DNA of 63,992 bases, counting the filler, from Thraustochytrium aureum (Eukaryota): NCBI GenBank assembly GCA_012862495.1. It is 5 parts of 4 records of this genome, joined end to end, with 100 filler letters (N's around TTAATTAATTAA, not from the genome) between each part and the next. Parts side by side here need not be neighbours in the genome. Positions count along the whole stretch, not along the records: positions 48,742 to 60,585 come from BLSG01000122.1; positions 60,686 to 61,782 come from BLSG01000126.1; positions 61,883 to 63,992 come from BLSG01000131.1; 2 more parts are not named here. One strand, 5' to 3'. The notes beneath the pieces were generated by a model, which was not told the DNA's origin, did not search any database, and was given only the letters and a program-made list of their open reading frames with translations. The first letter of the stretch is position 1. Every line of letters begins with the position of its first letter. Both the position numbers and the translations under genes were made by a program. This document shows, in pieces, positions 57,424-63,992 of the stretch.

Positions 57424-59232
57424 ATGGGCGCCGCGCGAGCGACGGCTCTCGCGCTCTTGGCGCTGTGCGGGCTGGCCGCAGGCGATTTTCGGCCCAGCCG
57501 AGATGGTGGTGCGGTGATGACCGAGGACCAGGTGACGGCGCGGAGGGCTGCTGATGCCGAGGCTGCTGGTGCTGCGGGCGCGGAGGCCGGGGCGAAATGC
57601 TATGGCGCATGCGGACCTGGGACCGAGAGCGCTGGGTGGTCGGCCAGGTCGGCGGCGAGACCTGGTGCTCACGCGGAAGCGGAGGAGTGGTGGACAAGGG
57701 AGGTCGTGGTGGGGAGCCACGGAGAAATCAAGGTCGTGGAAGCGCGAGTGCAGGCCGCCGCGAAGAGCGGGGGGAGGCGAAGGAGCATGGAGAACTGGGT
57801 CAAGATTGAAGATCGCGTGTTTCCGTACACGGCCGTGGGGCGGCTTGTGCTTGTTTTCGGAGACCGGTCATTCTTCTGCTCCGCGACAATGGTCGCAGAG
57901 AACGTCTTGCTTACCGCGGCGCACTGCGTGGTCGACTCGCAGGGAGAACTTACGAACGACATTGTTTTCTACCCCAACCTGCAGAGCGACGAGCGCATCG
58001 CCGAGACAGCACGGGTGATTGGCGCGTACGGGTTTCTAGCCAAGGACGAGTCGTACTTGTTCCACCCGGACCGCGACTGGGCCTTCCTGTTCTTGCGCGA
58101 GTCGCTGGGGAACAAGTACGGGTGGCTGCAAACCGCGCTGCCGTCGCGGCCTGCGATGCAAAGCGCGGGAGGGGCTAGCCGTCCGCGTCGGCGGATACGC
58201 GAGGCACGCGGCCTGCGACGAAGGCAAGGCCTTGTGCGTCGGGCGCGGCCCGATGACGGGCACAGAGAACGATAACGAGGGCATGTACATGATTGACACC
58301 GCTGGCGGCTCCAGCGGCGGGCCCGTCTACACTGTTGACCCCAGTGATCGAACTCACCGCGTTGTTGGTGTCCACGTGCGCGCCAGCGAGTCTGGCCTCA
58401 AGTTTGCAGTTCTGGGCACTGCGTTCCAGGACCACGTCGCAGAGGCCAAGCGACGTGCGTTCGTCTCGAGCGGTCCCTCTGAGAATGTCATCAAAGGCGT
58501 CGTGTGCCTCGCGCACGAGCACTGCGACGAGACCAGCTTTTGCAGCAACCGGCTCGGGCGCTGCTTTCGTTGCGAAGCGTGCCCGAGAGAGCCCGGCTTG
58601 CTGACTAACGAGATCGACACGTTCAATCTCGGCGCCTGCCCGGCAAAGTGTGGATCGGAGCCGGCCAGCGAGGCCGCGAGGCTTGCGTTGGACCTTGACT
58701 TTAACAGCTGCGTCGTGTCGCGGAGCGCGGACGCCGTCACCCGGCCGCTCTGCGCGCTGGGGCTGTGCATCGACCGCACGTTGTGCGGCGTCAGAGACTC
58801 GCTCACTGCGGCCGAGCTCCCTGAATTCATCTCGTTTGGCGGCGCGTTCGTGCCACACAGATTTGCAGATGAGCTCGTTGTCCCTTCCGTCGTCTTGGAC
58901 TCGTTCAACAACGACGCGAATGCGCTGGCCTGGGCGCGAGGGTACAGCGCAGGGGCGCTCCGTAGCGACGGGGTCATCGTGGCGTTTGGAGGCGTTCGGA
59001 CGCTTGGGAACGAGGGAGACACGGGGTCCGAAGTCCCAGAGCCCGGTGGCACTGGTGACGCGGAAGAGACTAGCGAGGGGGAAAGGTTGCGGGCATCGTC
59101 CTTCTCGCGCTTGCCTTTGTGGGCTTCTCCGCTGGGCTCGTGTTCAAGGCTGTTCGGACCAAGCAGCGAGCGAGAGACAAGCGAGAGGCGGCGCAAAACG
59201 CGGGGCGCGAGCTTGCTGTTGCAGGGCCATAG
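57424..59232 (+). CDS. Trypsin-like (V8/glutamyl endopeptidase-type) serine protease, signal peptide + Cys-rich domain + C-terminal TM; frameshifts ~58165 and ~59080
   Basis: FPYTAVGRL, CSATMV...LLTAAHCV (His), DWA (Asp), DTAGGSSGGPV (Ser). An alternative 3' frame gives VAGIVLLALAFVGFSAGLVF then TAG at 59230. Confidence 0.82.
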
Positions 59233-59573
59233 GGTCGGAGGCGCGCCCAGCCCGGCCAGTGTTCATGTTCATTAGATAAACGCAACGCCTGTATGTATTT
59301 TGGCGCTCTGTGCCGTGGCAGACCACGCACGCGATTGCGCCTGCGAACGAGCAAACGCAAGCTCGGCTCGAGAATGGTGAAAGGTTTGAAGATTGCTTGC
59401 TCGTGCCACACCAACGCTGTTGATTTTGATTGAAGAATTGAAATGAAGAGGAAAAAACGGCAAGGAGAGTACAACTCTACACATTCTTGGAAAGCACAGG
59501 CGATCGCAGATCGAAAGAACGATCGAGCGAAAGACGTACACGGCCCAGCGAGGCTCGCTCCAGCGAGCCCTAG

Positions 59574-60585
59574 CTAGATCTTGGGCACCCAGCCAGACTT
59601 GTCGACAGGCTCTGCGTCGAAACGAGCGTCGTACGAGTTCTTGAAACTCGGAAGCTCGAACGCGCCGGTGTTGCGCTTGGGGATCTTGATCGGCGGCGGA
59701 AGCGACATGTCGCGGAGCTTGTCCCAGTTAAAGCCAGAGAACCACGGATGCAGGTCGAGGCCCGCGCGCACGGCCGCGAGCCGCCGGGACTGCTTCGGGT
59801 TGAGCAGCTTGGACACGATCGACTTGCACTCCTTGGAGAGCGGAACAAAGTCCGGGAAGACCAGGAAGCCGTCCTCGTGAGCCAGCACGGACTCGTAAAT
59901 ATCCATCGGCTCGCGCCCGCAAAAGGGCGTGACCCCAGTGGTGATCTCAAAGATGAAGACGCCGACGGCCCACCAGTCAGCCGCGAGGTCGTGGCCGCGG
60001 CCGAGGATAATCTCTGGCGCCATGTAGTCGGGCGTGCCGCAGACAGTGTAGGTGCGCTGCGTCTTCTTGGCGAGTCCAAAGTCGGCGAGCCGCGCATAGC
60101 CGCGCGAGCACAGGAACAGGTTTTCGGGCTTGAGGTCGCGGTAAATGATCCCCCTCGAGTGCACCGCAGTGAGGGCCTCGATGATGGCCGCCACGTAAAA
60201 CTTGGCGTGCTTCTCCGAGACGCGCGGCTCGTCCTGCTTGCGCAGCACCGCGTACATGTCGCCCCCGTCGAGGAGCTCCATGAGGAAATACACGTTGCGC
60301 TTGTCATAGAAGGCGCTGAAGAGGCGCACCACGAAGGGGCAGTCTGTCAGGTAGCCCAGCTCGGCCATGGCGTGCCGCTCGTTCTCGACCATCTCGGTCC
60401 ACCCGTGCGACTGGATATAGTCGCGCGAGAGGACCTTGAGCGCCATGTACTGCGGCAGCGTCTTCTGGTGCATGCTGGCGTCGCGCTTGCGGACGAGGTG
60501 GACCCGCCCGAAAGAGCCCTTGCCGAGCAACGTGAGCGCTTCGAGGTCCTCAAGCGCAACGTCGTCGCAGGGCAGCGCGCAAGCC
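59574..60585 (-). CDS. AGC kinase catalytic domain (PKG/PKA-like), 5' truncated at contig edge
   Basis: LGKGSFGRV, ALK, YRDLKPEN, DFGLAK, TYTVCGTPDYMAPE, DWW.VG, HPWF.GF.W. Confidence 0.93.
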
Positions 60586-60685
60586 NNNNNNNNNNNNNNN
60601 NNNNNNNNNNNNNNNNNNNNNNNNNNNNNTTAATTAATTAANNNNNNNNNNNNNNNNNNNNNNNNNNNNNNNNNNNNNNNNNNNN
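60586..60685. other. Artificial contig-joining spacer
   Basis: N44-TTAATTAATTAA-N44. Confidence 0.97.
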
Positions 60686-61782
60686 TGCCCATAGCCGTGT
60701 CGGTGCACGGAGAAGAAGAGCACGTCCGGGTTGTCGTAAAACATCTTTTGGGTCCCGTTTCCGTGGTGCACGTCAAAGTCGACCACCAGCACGCGGCACC
60801 GCGCTGGCAATGGGCGAAAGTGCCGACGCGTGCGCTTAAACTTTTTGAAGTGCTGGTCCTCCTCGATCGAGTCTTGCGTCTCGAAGACCATCGCGGCGCT
60901 CACGTCGTGGTCCACAACCGCCTGGGCGCGGCTCGTGGCCCACGCCGCCGCGACGGCCACGTTGTTGATCAGACAAAACCCCTTGATGCACGAGTTTTCG
61001 GCGTGGTGGCCGGGCGGACGCACCACGGCGATCCCGTTTTTCACCGTTCCTGCCACCACCGCCTTGACGAGCTCGAGCACCCCGCCAGCCGAGATCAGGG
61101 CAGCGTCGGTCGAGTGGGCATTCGCAAACGCGCTCTCATGCGACAAGGCGCCCTGCTTGGCGCTCCGAAAGTCTGGCGACCGGAGCTGCTCCAGCGTTTT
61201 GGCGTGCTCTACGGAGTGAACTCTCGTCAAGTCCCGCGTGCTGATTATGTTTGCTGGGATCCTGGCCATGCGCGCGGCAAGCCCAGACAGCTCAGGGCCT
61301 TCATGATGCTCAAGATGCGCGCTGGCCGCTCTGGGTGCGGTCCGGTGGGGTGTTCGTGCTTCAAACAGAGGTCGTCGTAAACGATCCCGCAGACGCGCCT
61401 CGCGCTCGTGGCCGAAACGGCCCCGCCCCCGAGCGCCGCGCCGGCAACGGCGGCTGATGAGCACCGCGGCAGGCGCGCTTCGGCGAGCGAGGGTGACGAG
61501 GACGAGGATGAAATGCGCGACGCTGCAGACGAGCTCGACTCCGAAGCCTTCCTGGGTCCCGAGGCCGGTGTCACGCGCCAGCTGCTCGGAGAGCGACGTG
61601 GAGTACACTTCTGGCACGTTGTCGAAGCAGTCGTCGAGGTAGTCCTTGAACTTGTCGACGGCCGTGGTGGCTGCTTCGATGGCGCGGCTCTCCGCTGATT
61701 CCTCCGAGTCTGTTGCCTCGCCGTCGTGGGACCCAAAGTCGAGCGCAAAGTCGCTCAGCTCGCCGAGCCCAAGGCTCGACCC
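60686..61782 (-). CDS. Class II histone deacetylase fragment (frameshifts ~61555 and ~61295)
   Basis: HPERPARI, RVHS, VRPPGHHA, GFCLINNVAVAA, VDFDVHHGNGTQ.MFY..P.VLFFSVHR. Confidence 0.92.
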
Positions 61783-61882
61783 NNNNNNNNNNNNNNNNNN
61801 NNNNNNNNNNNNNNNNNNNNNNNNNNTTAATTAATTAANNNNNNNNNNNNNNNNNNNNNNNNNNNNNNNNNNNNNNNNNNNN
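61783..61882. other. Artificial contig-joining spacer
   Basis: N44-TTAATTAATTAA-N44. Confidence 0.97.
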
Positions 61883-62543
61883 GGTTGCGCTGCTTGCGGT
61901 GTTCTCGGCTCTGCTGGTTGCCCATTTGGCGACGTGGCTTTACTGCAGCTGGTTCGACCCGGCGGAGGACAAGGGTTGGTTTTGGCCCTGCATGCGCGAG
62001 GCGCAGGGCGAGTCAAGGTACTGTGCAGTGTGCCGCAAAACGGTGCCCGGCCTGGACCACCACTGCACCTGGCTCAACACGTGCATCGGGAGGCGCCAGT
62101 ACCCTGCCTTTTTCGCGCTCGTAACGATCGGCACGGCCATGTACTGGCTCGAAGTGGTAGTCTTTATTGTTTTGCTGACCAGCGGGCTGACGCCGGAGGT
62201 GGAGGCGGAGGCCGTGCGCGTGCTCGGCTCGCTCACGACGTACAAGGTCCTGGTCTCTCTTGCCACCGTCATCGTCCTCGCGCTAGCGCTCGGGCTCTCG
62301 ATCCTGTTTGTGTTTCACACCTTCCTCCAGTTTCAGCACAAGGGGACCTATGCGTGGATGATCGACAGGGCGAATGTGCGTGTGGAGCGCAACCGCGCTG
62401 CGAGGGCGGCGACTGCAAATGCTGCCGCGGCGGCTGCCGAAGGCTCGTCTGCCAACGGTGTCAAGAAGACTGACAAGTCTTCGTCGATGTGTTCTCAGAG
62501 CGCTGGCGACGACGCCGGCAACGGTGATGTCGCTACGGTTTAG
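61883..62543 (+). CDS. DHHC palmitoyltransferase, 5' truncated
   Basis: SRYCAVCRKTV.GLDHHC.WLNTCIG..QY..F, TM helices, H..L....GTY.W. Confidence 0.93.
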
Positions 62544-62773
62544 CGGATGGGGAAGAAACGAAAATAAGACAAGTTCTGGGTGTTTACAATTCTCGCGCAC
62601 GCGCAGCGGCGAGCTAAAAGGTGTCAGCGACGCGCAAGCGCGGCAGCTGGCCGGGGTGCTCTGCTGGAAACTGGCGGCGCGGCCGGGGCTGCGCCGCTGC
62701 GCGGCACACGCGTCTCTCGCCCTTGTAGAGAAGCTAGAGTAGCGTAGAAAGCAAGCTCCCTGCCCTGGGGCCA

Positions 62774-63992
62774 CTAGCGTGGCCGAGCGAGCACGAACTC
62801 GTCCTCAGGAATGCAAGTGTACGGGATCCCGTTGCGCTGCGCGCCCGTCAGCGTCGCCAGCATCTGGCGGCGCGTCGGCGGAAACTTGCACAGGGGCCCC
62901 ATGCAAAGGTCGCGAGCCGCGCCGATCGCCCACGAGTTGCTCTGGAACACTGGCGTGAGCAGCATCGAGTTGAGCTGGTAAAACCGCACACGCCAGCGGC
63001 GTGCCTTGTCGAAGAGGCGCAGCGCGCGGCCGACGTCAAAGTCGGCCTCCTCCATGCTCTTTGCGAGGTACCATGCGTCCACCAGCGCGAGGTTCACGCC
63101 CTGGCCGAGCTGCGGCGACATGGCGTGAGCCGCGTCGCCGATCGCGACGAACGAGCCGCCAAAGTAGTGCCGGGGCATGATCGTGTTCGAGTAGTACGCC
63201 TCAACGAGGTCGTCGAAGCTTCCGATTTGGTCGAGGAGCACGTGCGCGCGGGGCTCGAGTTTGAGCACCTTGTCCTTCCAGGCCCCGATCCCCTTGGCGC
63301 GCTCGCTCTCCAGCGTGTCCATGTCGAGGCTCCAAAAGATCGACACAAGCGGCGCGCCGCCATCGCGGCCGCTGCGACCATGCGCAGGCCTGTCGGCAAG
63401 AATCCTACCATCGTCTGCGTCCCGCTCACGCGCTGAAAGAGCTCGTTGCGCGGCATCTCTTGGAACCACTCAGCCCCGTCTACTATGGCCCACAGGCACC
63501 CAAACTTGTACCACATCTCGTAGCTGGCCAGGCCGAAAGGTTGCAGCCCACGCCGCAGCGCGCTGCTGCGCCCATCTGCGGCCACGATCAGGTCAAACGG
63601 GCCCTCGAACGCGCCACTGCCCAGCTTGACGTACGAGCGGCCTGGGTCTGCGGCGTACGCAGCCGGCGTGCCCGCGACGCGCGCCCCTGCAACTGCCTCG
63701 CCCAGTCTCAGCTCCACGGCCTCCTCCGCGAGCACCTTGGCCACAAGTTCCTCATTCAGCACCGACCTGTGCACGCCGAGGCCAAACAGCCCTTGCCGAA
63801 ACCCGCCATATTCCAGCTCCAGCACCGTGCGCGCCTCCGTCGTCATGGCCTTGAGCCGGTCGATCCTGGACCCGTGCGCCAGCACGTTATCCAGCACGTC
63901 GCCGCCGAGCCGTTCCAGCACGCGCAGCCCGATCGGCTGCAGCCCGACGCCAGCCCCGGCCGCATCCTGCAGCGCCGAGGCGTCGTTGCGCT
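62774..63992 (-). CDS. FAD-dependent monooxygenase (UbiH/aromatic hydroxylase type), 5' truncated; frameshift ~63370
   Basis: GAGVGLQP.GL.VLERLG, GVHR..L, DLIVAADG.SS, IGDAAHAMSPQLGQGVNLAL.DA. Confidence 0.9.

Overview
High-GC, intron-poor eukaryotic genomic DNA from a gappy draft assembly. Gene content, compaction and GC suggest a flagellated stramenopile protist, possibly a thraustochytrid/labyrinthulomycete; this is inference. The window joins five pieces with an artificial N44-TTAATTAATTAA-N44 spacer, so gene order across 26.6, 48.7, 60.6 and 61.8 kb is not evidence of linkage. It holds about 30 protein genes. Confident housekeeping and ciliary calls: Sec14/CRAL-TRIO, PP2C, GAS8/DRC4, SFT2, citrate synthase, Kelch-BTB, NSA2, IFT122, CCT8, KMO (5' part), RBBP4/MSI1, TMTC, PCYT2, WD40, calcineurin-B-like, PKG/PKA-like kinase, class II HDAC, DHHC palmitoyltransferase and an FAD monooxygenase. 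About 17 single-base frameshifts, mostly at homopolymers, split real genes and hide domains from the ORF track. Repairing them reveals a degenerate RpiB/DRT102-like gene and a membrane-anchored V8-like serine protease. The other notable items are a 954-aa type I membrane protein made of four copies of an unrecognised Cys-bracketed module, an RVxF + CaaX protein, a 7-TM orphan and two divergent decayed C-x4-C...C-x2-H zinc-finger arrays. I found no rRNA, tRNA, CRISPR array or intact mobile element, and no multi-gene novel system that the sequence convincingly supports.
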